Shown here: piece by piece, positions 38,498 to 51,244 of the stretch
How positions within the stretch are numbered: the stretch's first letter is position 1
Layout of the letters: every line of letters starts with the position of its first letter
Assembly: GCA_965655095.1 (NCBI GenBank)
Contig: OZ296659.1
Coordinates: 66,154,001-66,218,000 of the forward strand
Direction: 5' to 3'
DNA from: Haplodiscus bocki
Lineage: Eukaryota
DNA: 64,000 nt
The notes under the pieces: model-generated
What the model saw: the letters and a program-made list of their open reading frames with translations, nothing else
Told to the model about the DNA's origin: nothing
The model's database searches: none
Program-made: the position numbers and the translations under genes

Positions 38498-38800
38498 ATG
38501 GACCCAAGCAGGTATCAGGTGTCTGATCTGAACGAAGTTGAAGTCTACTGGCGAAACGATCAGCTGGTTGCAGACGCTGTTTTTAGACCAGGCATTGGTA
38601 CCACTTTTTCACCAACAGCGTTTGACAACTGAGCGATGGAAAGTTCAGCAAAAAACCCCATTCTGCTTGACGAAGAAGAAGACAAGGAGAACTTTCCTCC
38701 AACAACACTAGTCTCTGAGAGAACAACACGACCCCCTGCATTGTGGAGAAAGTGTCTATTTGGAAAAAGACTAGTAAAAATTCCTGTTCTGTTTTTGGAG
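38498..38800 (+). pseudogene. Acidic accessory ORF with SIM-like and KEN-box motifs
   Basis: NPILLDEEEDKENFPP; inverted copy at 47463-47792. Confidence 0.55.
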
Positions 38801-39619
38801 ATTTGTTTCTGTAATTTTTACAATGTATGTGTTTTATTATTAATAATAATTAATGTGTTTCATTTCACCAGAACTTTTTTCAAAAACTAGTCAGACGTTC
38901 GTGAGACAAAAGCAGTTTAAGTATCGATTTCTTTAATTTTACCAGTGGCGGCAAGTTTTTTCTTTAAACAAATTCATACAGAAAGAAAGTGGGACACCAT
39001 AGTGAAATCTAAAAGCGAAGTCCTTGCAAAAACGTGTACAAGAAGTATCCTTTGCACGGTGGTTATCGCAATTAGCTAGTTTTTTAAAGTTTTGTAGGTT
39101 GTAAGTGTACCTGGTGGTGAGGAGAAGAACCTTGTGAACACTACATATGGTGGGGCTACCTTAGATTTTAACTTCAAAAAACTTTTGAAACTTGATTCAA
39201 AACCTGACATCACCAGAACTTTTTTTAAGAATCTGGCACGGCGACAAATAGTGTATTCCAAATCTGACCAACCAAAAATTGTTAAAGTCAAGATTGAAAA
39301 TTTTTAATAAACCTTTGCTTGAAAAAGCACTAAAATTGCAAAACTCGACGTTTTCACGGAGTAAAGCCAGTCACAATGTGAACTTTCAATTGTGCATGTT
39401 TCTTCACCATCTGATTGCCCATAAAAATTCAATTCAAATTATGGCGCGTTGTAAGTTTTGTGGTTGATAATTTGAAGCGTTGTAAAGTATCAATTCAGAA
39501 GTTGAAGCGTTTTAAAGTTTCTGTTTCAAAATCCTGTTTTTTATAATTTTTTCAGGTTCTAGCTTAGAAATAACTGTCATAAAAGAAAAATGTGAGGAGT
39601 TCACAAAATATATCTACCT

Positions 39620-40400
39620 GATAATGGGTGAAGTTTGTTCACTTGTTGCTTTGTTTATGGTTTTGGGACAGATGATAGCTCTGATGACGGTTTTTTTGCA
39701 CTCCCAAAAAACGTCTTCATGTCACCTTGGAATGCATAAACTGCTTAGCTTTCGAAATATCATTTTTGAAAGTCCCTGATTTACTAGCATACATACCATT
39801 ACCATTGAGATAATCTATAGTTTTCCGTAAACCCAAGTCTTAGTTTGTTTGTTGTCTTTTTTTCAATTCTCTCTGCGGAGACTGATACTCCAGTTTGCGT
39901 CAATATTGACTTTTGGAAAAAAATCAAAGAATGTTTTCTTTAAATTTTCCTCGCGAGTGTCTTTTTCTCGATGCTCGGAATTCTGTCCTTTATTCCATTT
40001 CTTTGACTAGAAAAGACAACTTCTTGCATATAATTAAACAGTTGTCCTTTTTTGGCAAGAAAAATTTCACTGGATCGATACTTGTAGAGTGTAGAGAGAC
40101 AGTCCAGGGGTAGGTAGTTGGAACAGAAATCAACCAGTTTTCAAAGCAGTTCTTAAATGTCTCACACTACTTCAATGTGATATCTACAAATGGGTAGAAA
40201 GCACATCTGGTCAACGTTTCGAGAAAAACAGTAATCTTAACCCACAATGTACTTTCCAAATGTGTTTGCAGAAATAAAAAGACGGTTTTTTGAATAATTT
40301 GTACAAACGCTGGGAATCACTTGTAGCCTTACAGCTTCCATCTGATTGTTGAGTCGTTTTCTGAACAATTGAATCTGGAAAACAAGATGCTTTTACTCTT
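39620..40400 (-). other. Polinton internal segment, inverted homolog of 45930-46780
   Basis: cttgttttt(c)cagattcaa.tgttcagaa..cagatgg.agctgtaa shared in opposite orientation. Confidence 0.75.
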
Positions 40401-40569
40401 TGTACAAATCTACTAAAAAAAAAGAGGTTCCATATATGGGAATTTTATGTGACAATGACCAAAAAAGATGCCTTTACAGGAAACCAATTGCAGCTCCAAA
40501 ATCTTTCTTTAACTTTCAGTCACATAAAAAAAGAACTTCTTTCAGCTACCAGTGTTCTATGTCGTTCAC

Positions 40570-40880
40570 TCATAGCTCACAACACTACTACTTCCTTGGA
40601 AAAGCCTATTTGTACCAACTATGTGGACTTTGACAATTGTAAAGACAGAATTGAAGGTTTTTTTGGTCCAAACATATTTCCAATTAATTGGATGTACAAC
40701 TAAATGTTTTCAAGAAATATGACAACAATGATTTCCGACTGGTACAAAATGTTAAAATGGGAGAAGCAGTCTTCAACCAGATCATGCGATTCAGAAATCA
40801 GCTGGTCATTGCTTTAGAGAGCTTTGTTAGCGAGGAAAATTTGTCCCCAAGGTTGAGACCTAAAGTGTCCAAAGGCAATC
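40570..40880 (+). pseudogene. Possible PC4-like ssDNA-binding protein, truncated
   Basis: YVDF..LDVQLNVFKK..FRLVQNVKMGEAVFNQIMRF beta-beta-helix pattern. Confidence 0.35.
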
Positions 40881-40889
40881 GTCCAACCT

Positions 40890-41990
40890 AAATCGTCTTG
40901 AAAAGTCATTGCTTTCATTGTGGTAACCTAAAGGCGACAACTATCAGCAGCATCAATGTATACAAAACGCTGACCTCCTCCGAGTATTCTAACTTGTCTG
41001 ACATCAACTGTTTTATTTCAGAAACGATTTTCAGTTTATGATCCATTGAAGGCAGAGTTTGTATTCATCGCAATAGCAACCCGACAAACTGGAGCATTGT
41101 TGAAAGTGTATTTTTGAAAGAACTAGTTCTGTTTGACACGAATGATGAAAATCTTCGCAAGAGTTTCCAAATAGTTGAAATCCACAGGGGTGTTCATTCG
41201 TTTCTTGTGATAATCATCCTTGAGAACAAAACGACGAGTGTAAAATGAACAATCAACAATTCCGAGGCTAAAGTTTGGGTTGTCGCTAGTCATGTAGAGA
41301 TTAGGTCTGGGTCTGATTATTCGTAGCCCGACTTTCATATTTGGATTTAAAAATTCGGAAATGGAAAAAAGTCAACCACCAATTTACCATAGAATATGAA
41401 GCCATGGGGCCTGCTAAGAATTTTCGTTCTCCTTGTGAAAAAAGTTCCAACAAAACCGCTTCAGTAATTTCATAAGCAAATTCTTAAAAATCGTACCCTT
41501 CGCAGTGTAAAACTCTCTTGTAGTCAAAAATGGCCCTTTCAAAGTTTTTGGAAATGTATGATTTGTGAGCATACAATCCATTACAGTTGAACAATTGCTG
41601 ATTGTTGATGTACTTTTCAACATTGGGAAAACTCGAGTGCAAAAAGTTGTTTACGTGAGTAACTAGAAGAACTGGAACCTCTTGCTCCTCCAGCACTTCC
41701 TCATGCGCTTTGGCCTCTTCTTTGTGTTCCTTTTCAACTTCTTTGGTAATGTAAGTTTGGTAACCACGACCCTTGACAAATTTCAGCTCCAAAGCCAAAT
41801 AAGGTTGTCTCAAATCAACGTAATAGATCCGATCCGTTTCAATTTCAAACTCTATGTAAATTTCATCAAGTTAGGTAGTAGGATAAATTTTTTGTTCCTG
41901 AAACAACAAAACTTCGTCAACTACTAAGACTCTGCCTCCAAGGTTTCCAAAAACCGCCACAGAAGATTGGTACCGAAACCCGCTCGACAT
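40890..41990 (-). pseudogene. Polinton major capsid protein, 3' truncated
   Basis: IEFEI.TDRIYYVDLRQPYLALELK; HVNNFLHSSFPNVEKYINNQQLFNCNGLYAHKSYIS. Confidence 0.85.
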
Positions 41991-41997
41991 CATTATC

Positions 41998-42358
41998 GAG
42001 AAATGTCTAAAAGGTTGCGTCTTCGCGTCTGACTGGTTTGTTTTGCAGATTCTTTCGGAAACACTTTGCTTGCAACCTTTTTCCTGCCACCACAAGCCAA
42101 GAGTTATCTCAATCTTTGTCTTCCCACATTCTTTGCAGCTGTCTTGAAATTCTTTCTACCACTAACAACATCTGCAGTTTCAGGCAGACCGGATTCCAAC
42201 AAATCAGCACCCACTCAAGTTGCAGCTGGGACGCCATTTTAAGAAAAACTTGGAATTTCGGACCTTCCAATGACTTTTGCAAGTGTACCGAATCTCACTG
42301 CAGGTTGTCAACCAAACGTTTTTATCATTTTAAACGCTACTTGCCTTGAGGCAATCAT
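41998..42358 (-). pseudogene. Gly-motif amphipathic virion protein remnant (between minor and major capsid genes)
   Basis: FGTLAKVIGRSEIPSFS..VGADLLES; homolog of 52320-52730. Confidence 0.55.
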
Positions 42359-42371
42359 TTCGTAACGTCTT

Positions 42372-43135
42372 TTAGCTTAGCAGCAATTTTAGCAGTTTTT
42401 CGGCAACTACGAAGGCTGTTTTTTCACCGCTCGTGTGTCTCAAGTCAATGTGAAAACATTGAAAAGAGTTTTTGAGCAGCGGTCTGAATTGTAGGATACT
42501 AAAGGTCAGATAGTTGATGTACCGTCTAGCGGCTTTACACTTTCCAGCTTTGAGCTTTGACATGAAAGGAAAGCAACGCAGTATTCGGGCCATCATGATG
42601 CCAACAGTATTGTACTCATTCAGATTGGTATATCTCTTGAGAGGGTGTATGCAGACAATGTCAAAGGCAAAACTTTGTTTGTGAGCTCCTTTTCCTTCTC
42701 CAACTGCATTGCCAACAAAATTCCCGAAAACCTTCTCCAAGTCTGCACTAAAAGTGCAAGATCAGACCCTTCCTTTGCCACTTAACCTCGCTTTTCCGTT
42801 CTTCTAGACCTTTTGAATGTGATATAGTCTTTCTGTCATTGTGTCTCTCTTGGATGAGAGTGTTCATGGCCTTAACACTTTCTGTAATAGAAAGGTAAAG
42901 AGCAAGTTCCCGTTGAAAAAAAATCTGACCACTTTGACTTTTCTCAACAAAAACTACGAACCCTCACTGTTTGAGTTTTTTGAACGTTGACGGTTGAGAG
43001 TTTTCCAAGATTACAACCCCTCAACGACCGTCCAGATTCATAATCTCCGAAAAAAAAATGGTCAAAGCTGAGCGTATTGTCTGAGAAAAGTTGTGCAGAT
43101 GGGTTAAAAACCAACTTTATTGTAATAGACTTCAT
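42372..43135 (-). pseudogene. Polinton minor capsid (penton) protein
   Basis: MKSITIKLVFNPSAQLFSDNTLS; ILRCFPF; FRPLLKNSFQCFHIDLRHTSGE. Confidence 0.8.
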
Positions 43136-43191
43136 TGTTAAATGACCTTGGTCATCTCTTTTTGATAAACTTTTCCACGGATAACCTCATG

Positions 43192-43350
43192 GCCGGCACC
43201 TACGCATTTTGCATCTGGCCAGAAATATATACGCGAGAATGGAATTGCTGTCCTCCCAATATCTTGTGCAAGTGCACCGAATCCCCGTCTACCTAGTTGA
43301 ACATTGCCTCTATGGAATGGAATCTCTACCTGTCTTTAAGCAACAAACTT
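43192..43350 (-). pseudogene. Extra fragment of the Gly-motif protein
   Basis: VEIPFHRG..RRGFGALAQDIGRTAIPF. Confidence 0.65.
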
Positions 43351-43519
43351 GTAACGTCTTTTAGGTTGGAAATGAAGGTTGGAGGAATTTTTCGAATAAA
43401 AAAAACTGTTCCATGTCAAGACAAATGGTTAATGACGCGTAGAGTAAAGACTTTTTGGAGTTTTAGTCCCTTGTCAGATGTCAAAACGTCCCTCTTTTGC
43501 TTCCAAGTTTTATTTTTCG

Positions 43520-44360
43520 TAGAGAAGAATCAAATTCCGTTTTAAAACATTGTCACGTGATGTCTTTTTATGCTTTCCAGGTTGCCTTTGAAAAAATTTA
43601 CTTGGCATTTGCAGAAAAACAAGATAAACTCTTTTGGACAATACTAAAGGAAATGACCTTTGTACTTGAGGAGAAATAAATGGAACACTTGAGAGTACAG
43701 AGATTTCGTGTGTTCATCGTCCGAAGACTTTAAATGCTTCAAGCGTTCCGGGACATAAAATTTTGAAGGAATTGAACCAGTGTTTGTGCAGTAACGTAAT
43801 CGATCGTCCGTTTGAGGCGAAAATTCAATTAACAAATGATCGTAGGGTACAGACGTTGCGTCTCGATACCAATCAGCTACCTCTGATCCGAGGCCCAACT
43901 GTGCTTTATGCGTGCTGACTTTAACGGGGAGATTTGCAGGGCAAAACGTGCGTGTTTTGGAACTTAATGTCTCGCCCAAGTTTTCTCTGATGAAACAAGT
44001 TGTGTTTAAGGTGAATAGTAATCAATTCATGACGTCTTCCAGCAGTAGCAATATCAACAAACGCTTTAGAAATGCAAATTTTTTCACATGAATTGTTAAA
44101 TGTTGACAAGTACTTTTTACCGTTGTTTTTCAGCGAATCAATAAATTCGAAGTGTACACTTTGAACAAATTGGAGATTTTCAGTTGTTCTTTGCATCACA
44201 TGAAAAAGTGGTTGGAGGAGTTGATTCAACAAAATTTTGTCAAATTTTGGTTAAAACCTTCCAGTTTTGAGCCAATTGTCAATAAGCGGTTACTTGCTTG
44301 TCTCGGACTGACCAAACAACAATATAGGGAAGGGATTTTTGTGAAAATTAACTTGTTCAT
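43520..44360 (-). pseudogene. A32-like packaging ATPase
   Basis: Eroded Walker A GQSETSK; eroded Walker B; ATAGRRH..HNLFHQ..QNTHVLPCKSPR; YRDATSVPYDHLLIEFSP. Confidence 0.88.
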
Positions 44361-44709
44361 AGACTTCCTGATGGTTAAAGGTACCCAGAAGCACCACAAA
44401 AACTTCCCACCCGAAGAGTGGCTTCGTCACAAGTTTTTAAATGTTGAATTCCGGAAAAAAACCCAAAGTCAATCAACAACATCACAAAAGGTTGGCACGA
44501 AAACACAAATAGTTATCTGGAACACGTTTGACCCAAACAAGACCACTTTTTTCTCTCTTAACTTTTGAGTTCAAAGACAATTTCACCTACAATAAACTTA
44601 CCTAATTGGCCAATCATCTGACCTGTACGCTCAAAATCTCGATAAAAAACCTTGAATGAAAGTTTGCATATTTTTGAAAGATTTAAAGTCGTAGATACTG
44701 ACAATACAT

Positions 44710-45150
44710 TTCATCAAATAACTTCTAAGACTTTCAATGACGCATTATTCAGTTACCAAACATTTTTGCCTTGTGTTCTTGTGTCTGAATGGGTAACACA
44801 AGCAAATCCACATTTCTTCATCAACGAGATCTTGAACTATGGGACAGCCATGATATTCAAAAATTTCCACTTCTTCAACCAAAAAAAACTTCATGAATTT
44901 AGCACTTTTTTGATCTTTCTGCCGAATATTCATCCTTTCCACCTCTGGGAAGAATGTTGGTGAGCTCATTGTAGTCCAAACGTCCACTGTTCTACACACT
45001 TCCGTGCCAGTTTTTTGTGCAACAAACTGATTGCCTTTATGGTAGTACTTTTTTGGAGGACAAAATGAGTACCCCGGAACTATGCCATCAAAAAAAATAC
45101 CAACTCGTTAAGAACGTTTTTGTCTGCAAACTCAAAGTAAATTACAATGC
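44710..45150 (-). pseudogene. Polinton accessory protein, possible DEDD-like nuclease fold
   Basis: IVIYFEFADKNVLNEL..HGSV*NSGRLDY..VEIFEYHGCP..WICLCYPFRH. Confidence 0.5.
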
Positions 45151-46849
45151 CAGACTTACTGCTTCAAAAGTCGACAGAGTCAAAAATGGAAGGTAGAAAG
45201 TGTTTTACGTAAAGGTAAGAAAGTAGTCAAGTCAATCCAGTCAAGTGACTAAGCGAACATGAATTTCGTCTTCGTCCAATCTTGTAACAGTAGACAAGAC
45301 CTTTGCCACTATGTGCCCGCATTGCTCCAGCAGCATCATATAGTAATGCATATAGTCAAAATAGTTTGAAGTAAAAACTCAAAAAACGAATAACCAAAAC
45401 CAATGGATCCGCCATATTTACTTTTTTGCTCCATCTCATGTAAAGAAGATCTGGAGTTCCAACAAAAAAAGCACCTAGTAACAAGTTTTTCTAACACTAA
45501 TGTGTTCAGATGACAACTTTAACCCCCGGTACCAAAAGAATATGCGCCTTAGAAAGAAAACATCCATTTTTGACAAGGTTTGTTTTAATTATGGACAATT
45601 TTTGATCCCGTAAAGTGCACCGCTTGTAAAAAATGTCAAAATAGCTCAATAGATAAACTTGTTTTGTCAACAGGAACTGGTAATTTGTCACTTTTGGATC
45701 ATTTTCAATTTTTCGAGGTACCAATTGTATCGGTAACGGTGCGGAATATTATCGAAATTGTCTGTAGCAGTCTTTAAGTTTTAAGAAGTAATTAATTTTT
45801 TGTTAATGAAAGTCAAAGAATGATTTTGGAGTTGCAATTCGCTACTTGTGTACGCATCTTTTTTGGTCATTGTCACGTGACAATTCCATAAGTAGAACAA
45901 CTTTCTTCTTTTGGTACGTTTGAACGAAAAGTAAACGTACCTTGTTTTTCAGATTCAACTGTTCAGAACACAAGTCAACAAACAGATGGCAGCTGTAAAG
46001 TTACAAGGATCCCAGGCTTTTATAAAAATTTTTCAAAAACCAGTCTTTTTGTTTCTTGCAAAAATATATGAGGAACACATTTTGAGTAAGAAACACTGTA
46101 ATGTTCGAAACGATGAGAAAATGGGCTTCATAACCATTTTTAGATACCACAATCTACTAGTAAGAGATATTGAACGCTGCTACAAAAACTGCATGCTTTC
46201 CGTTTCAACTGGCAACACCTGGACTATCTCTGTACACTTTTTTTAGTACCATTTCAATAGCAAAATTGTTGTCAAGAGTGGAAAACTCTTTGATAATCAG
46301 CAGGGGTAGTTCATTGCAACCACCAAAACAAACGAGTGAACAAAAGCCCAGCATCGCGAAAATAAGACTCTCGAGGAAAAAGAACAAAAACATTTGTTCA
46401 GCTCCTTCCAAAAGACTAAATCGACGCAAATTAGTGGATCATTCTCTGCAGACAAAATTAAACAAAATAGAAAGATTAAAATCGATTTAATATTGATAAA
46501 AAATGCAGATTGTTTTCTAGATGGTCATGGTAATTACACTAATAATTTAGTATCTTTTGAAACAAAATCTTTGCAAATTAACCAAAATCTGAACTCCAAA
46601 ATAAAATTTATAAATCAATTGGGAGTGCAAATGATAAAGTCTTCACACCCATCCAAAACCCAATTGCCATGAAAAAGCAAAAACCAAGAAGAGAGTACCA
46701 AATGTCAGACAAACACATGCCATACACCCGTGAGAAAAGTTTTATCACAAGCCATTTTCAATTAAGTTTTTCCCTGTTGTTGGTAACACTTTAATTCAAT
46801 GAGAATCCGAAAAGACTCTTTGAAAATCAGACTTAGAATTGAAAATTTT

Positions 46850-47140
46850 ACTTCGTGCCAGATTTTGTATTAAAACATTTACAGCGTCTCAGATTTTAAT
46901 CATAAAAGAAGACAACGCGTCGGATTTTGAATTGAAGATTCTTTGACATGTTACAGTTTGAAAAACGTTTGCATTCGAAGAAACACGTTTTGGTTCATTT
47001 TATTCCGTGAAAACGACATGTTTTGCATTTTGATCTGTTGTATTCTAAAAAGCACGATTTTGGATTAAAAACTTTAAAACATGTCAGATTTTGAATTAAA
47101 AAAAAAACACAACGCGTTAGATTATGAGTTGAAAAAAACA
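46850..47140. repeat. Degenerate ~30-bp array (acaacgcgtcagattttgaatt-like)
   Basis: Repeated cagatttt/acgcgt units; mirrored at ~39150-39530. Confidence 0.55.
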
Positions 47141-49489
47141 ACTGGTCAGTTTTTGAACCAAAATCTTTTCACCTTTTTTAAAAACAATTTTCAACCTAGT
47201 TCAACCACGTGTGCTTTTCATATCTTTTCAATCCACATAACCATTTTCATTTACGGCTCGCAAAATCTTCGTCAACTGGATAAGAGCATTTCCCAGAGTT
47301 CAAACAAAAATTCTTGTACCGTTTTTGCCAGGACGTTGACCTCTGATTTCGCTACGGTGCCCCATTTTACTCTGTACTGGCCTGATATTTGCAAAAACTT
47401 GCCGCCACTAGTAAAATTAAAGATATTGATACTCAAACTGGTTTTGTCTCACACATGTCTCACTAGTTTTTGAAAAAGGTTATGGTAAAAAGAAACACGT
47501 TGAATATTATTTCTATTAGAACACATGAATGGTCTAACTTACTAAACCAAACTTCTAAAAACAGAACAGGAAATTTTACTAGTCTTTTTCCAAATAGACA
47601 CTTTCTCCACAATGCAGGGGGTCGTGTTGTTCTCTCAGAGACTAGTGTTGTTGGAGGAAAGTTCTCCTTGTCCTCTTCTTCGTCAAGCAGAATGGGGTTT
47701 TTTGCTGAACTTTCCATCGCTCAGTTGTCAAACGCTGTTGGTGAAAAAATGGTACCAATGCCTGGTCTAAAGACAGCGTCTACAACCAGCTGATATTTTT
47801 CCAAAGTCGAAAGACCAATCTTTACCATCGGTGGAGACAGAGAAATTTATGCTGCTTTACTTTAGAATAAAAACATAAAAAACGAGACTGGAAATGACCC
47901 TTTGGTTGACTGTATCAGACAATGGGAAATCGACACGATTAAGCCATAAACTGAATGATTTTCGACTTCGACAGGCTCGGGTGTGACTGATTGCATTTTG
48001 TGGAAAAAAATTTCTTCAAAAAAGCATAGTTTTTTCTTTTTCGTAATCCTGACTCGTTTTTTCGGAAAAACAAAATGTCCTATCACTTCGAAACAACATA
48101 TTTGTTGGTTTTCGGTCTCTTAAAAGAATTTTTAACCTTGCAGCCTCCTTTGCGTTGGGGACATTCGTATCAACGTTTACCTTTCTTTCACCATATATGG
48201 ACCTAGATGCAATTTTGTCTCTAATAGTACTTGCCAGGACAATAAATATCTGCAAGATTAACTCGAATTGACTTTTGTGTTCTTCCAAGATTTTATATCC
48301 CCTGGCCACACATCAAGAGAAATGATGTTTATTTTTTAATCAAAGTGAATATTGCGGACTCAACATGTCATCGCGCATTGCGGACATAAAAAATCGCTTC
48401 TGCCGAAGGATTGAAAAATCTCTTGTGCAAGCAAAGTTTCCCGGAACACGTTTTGTTTGGACAGTACACATCCCCGTTAACATCATTATTGCTACTGTCA
48501 TAGCAACAATCAGGATCAGATATGCTACACATCATGAATGCTCTCAATTCTTTCACACTTATTTGCAACGTAATATCAATTCTAGTAGAGATGGTAAATT
48601 TCCCGATTATAAGGTTAACATTTTCGGTAGGACCAAATTGATTGCCGTGTGTTTCAAACCTTCCGATAGAAGAAACGCAAGAAATGTTCTTTCCAAATCG
48701 GAACGTTAAACGAATTTGTCTACTTGGATGTTCAATGATTTCGTTGTACTAATGAGCAAAGAGAATGTCTTTCACTTGGTAGATCCAATGTCAACTTTGG
48801 GTTTTGGTAGTGAAATTTGTCAAAAAATGCTCGCTCCATCAAAAGTTCTGAGGAAATTAGGCGAACAGTCCACCAAAAAACTGAAGTGTCTTTTGGATAT
48901 TTCAACTGTTTCTTGGATGATATGACTCTGCTGTGTGTTTAGGTCGCAAAATCGGAACAACTTGATTGCAAAAGATTTTGCATTGGAGCTTTTGCTAGCG
49001 CGTACTATTCGGTGCAGGGACCGGGCAACTTCAAAAAAGTTGTGGTAAAATTAACTGTTTACGTCAGTTATGTCCAAAAACTCTTCTCGTATTTCGTCGT
49101 CAAATGAATGAAGTTTGAAAAAGCTGGGAATTTGCTTTTTGACAAGCATCATGAACTTTTAGTCAATGAATTTTGCGAAAACATTATACTGGTGGTAAAG
49201 CGGTAAAAACGATGCGGATTTCGAAATTTGACCAATCAGGCACAAATAATTCTTTCAGATAGTTAAAAAAGAGGTCCAGACGCAGTGGTTAAAAGTTTTC
49301 ATTGGTTCCCTAAGTCATTATGAAGTCTATTGTTGATAATTCCATGGATCGGAAGCTTTTAACTTTTACACTACACAGTCTGTTTAAAAACCAAAATCTG
49401 TTCCCTATACGGAAGTCTTTTTGACTCAGAGTTGAGACCTGAAAAAAAAACAAAACAAACAACATGAATTTCTCTGAAAAGCTGAACAG

Positions 49490-49640
49490 GGAAACTTGTT
49501 CCACTTGAGTAATTTTCGCGGACCAGTTGTCTCCTTATCAGGGGAACTTGTTCCATTTGAGTAATTTTATCAGACAACCTGTCGCTTTATCGGGGGAGTT
49601 CCTCCCACTTGAGTAATTTTCTCGGGCAAGCCGTCTCATT
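49490..49640 (-). repeat. Three 52-bp tandem units, inverted counterpart of 36400-36610
   Basis: cca(c/t)ttgag at 49501, 49553, 49605. Confidence 0.85.
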
Positions 49641-49889
49641 TCTTCAATTAGATTTTTATTTACACACAGTCGGTTTACAAAAAGAAAAGCAATGATTGAT
49701 TGCTCTTGTGATATTTCGTTTTATGGTTAGTAGGTGCCAATATGGTTGTTGTTTCTTTTTATGGAAGTTTTCTTGTATGAGAAAAGTTTTTTGATAATAC
49801 TTGATACAAATTTTTTCGCCCTCTTTCAATTCCATTGCTACAGTCAAGTTGCATCAATCTTCACGTTTGTTTCAGATCGTTCTTCTAAA

Positions 49890-51240
49890 CAATCACTATC
49901 GAAATTCTTTCGTTGTTCCGGAGAGAAGAAATTACATGTGAAACTTCTGGTACACAAACTACGAGAAACAAACTTGTACGGCACAAGAAGAGATCCTCAG
50001 CTAGAAAATTGTTTTGTTCCCAGTGTTCCAATTTCTCCACTACTTCACAAGTTGACTTGAATTATCATATTGATAAAAAACACAACAACCCAAAACCTGT
50101 CGTTACTTTCAAGTGTAAGCTTTGTTATCAAAAGTTTGCAGCATTTTACGCTTTAAGTCAACATAAAAACACCCAACATAGCTCCTCTAACAAGACTGCA
50201 AACGTTGATCCGGAGGATAACATCAACGAAATTGATGATGCGAATCTTGAAAGGAAATTGCGCTCAAGTCAACATTTCTTGGTGGACTCTGAGATTGAAA
50301 GGGCGAGACACAAAGTCTTCAATTACGCAGTAGAAGCATTAAGCGAAACAATCCTGAATGAGAAATTTGAAAATTTTTTCAACAATTCAAATTGTGCAGC
50401 GAAACTGAATCTGGTCTTTGGGTTCACTTTGAAAAATAAAGAAGATGGAGGATTCAGAAACTTTTAGGCGCACAATAACAAAACCCTGCTGGACCGATTG
50501 AAACTGGTTGCACCAGGGACAATTTTTTAAAACTAAAAGATAATCTCAACAAAACTGACTTCATCGAGTCGTGTAGTAGAGAAAGAATGAACACAAAGTG
50601 GAGGTTCAACACGTTATTAAAACTGAGCGTTTTCGCAGCTCTTCACGAGGACATTCCTATAGGGGGCAAGAGCGCAGTTTTACCGAACCCTTATTGAAAA
50701 ACGGTAGAACCAACTGTCTCAGGTATGAAGAAAAAACAAAACAAACATATAAAGATAACTTGTGCCTTTTTCGTGCGCTTGCTCTCCATTTGCATGGCAC
50801 TCAACATCTGGAAGAAGAAACTTCAAAATTGTTCATTTTCTTCATGAAATTAAAACGATGGATTGAGCGCCAGCCACTTTCAAGCAGTCCAAACGAGCGA
50901 TGTTTTTATTGTTGAAGATCTGTTAACCGTCGACATTCTGTTGTATGATATAGATTTTGTGGATGGGAACTATATCGGAGAAATTGATAGACGAAGTGTT
51001 CAGAAATACGAAAATACTGAACGACTGCTAAGATACAACAACCACATATGTTAGGTGAACAACATTAATGCAGTCTTCCAATAATTTCGCTTCCGTCATT
51101 GTTAAACTTTTGAACAGAACATACATTCTGGAGCGATAATCAAAAACATGCAGTGAAAGAGTGAAAAAACACTTTTCCAAGGAAGTTATATCAAATGAGA
51201 GAAACTCTATTTGACAAACTGGACTCTTTCAGAATCAAGT
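49890..51240 (+). pseudogene. polB: pPolB N-terminal part (C2H2 fingers); catalytic region deleted
   Basis: CSQC..LNYHIDKKH, CKLC..LSQHKNTQH; DNLCLFRALALHLHG; LLRYNNHIC; homolog of 34850-36120. Confidence 0.85.
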
Positions 51241-51244
51241 GCAC

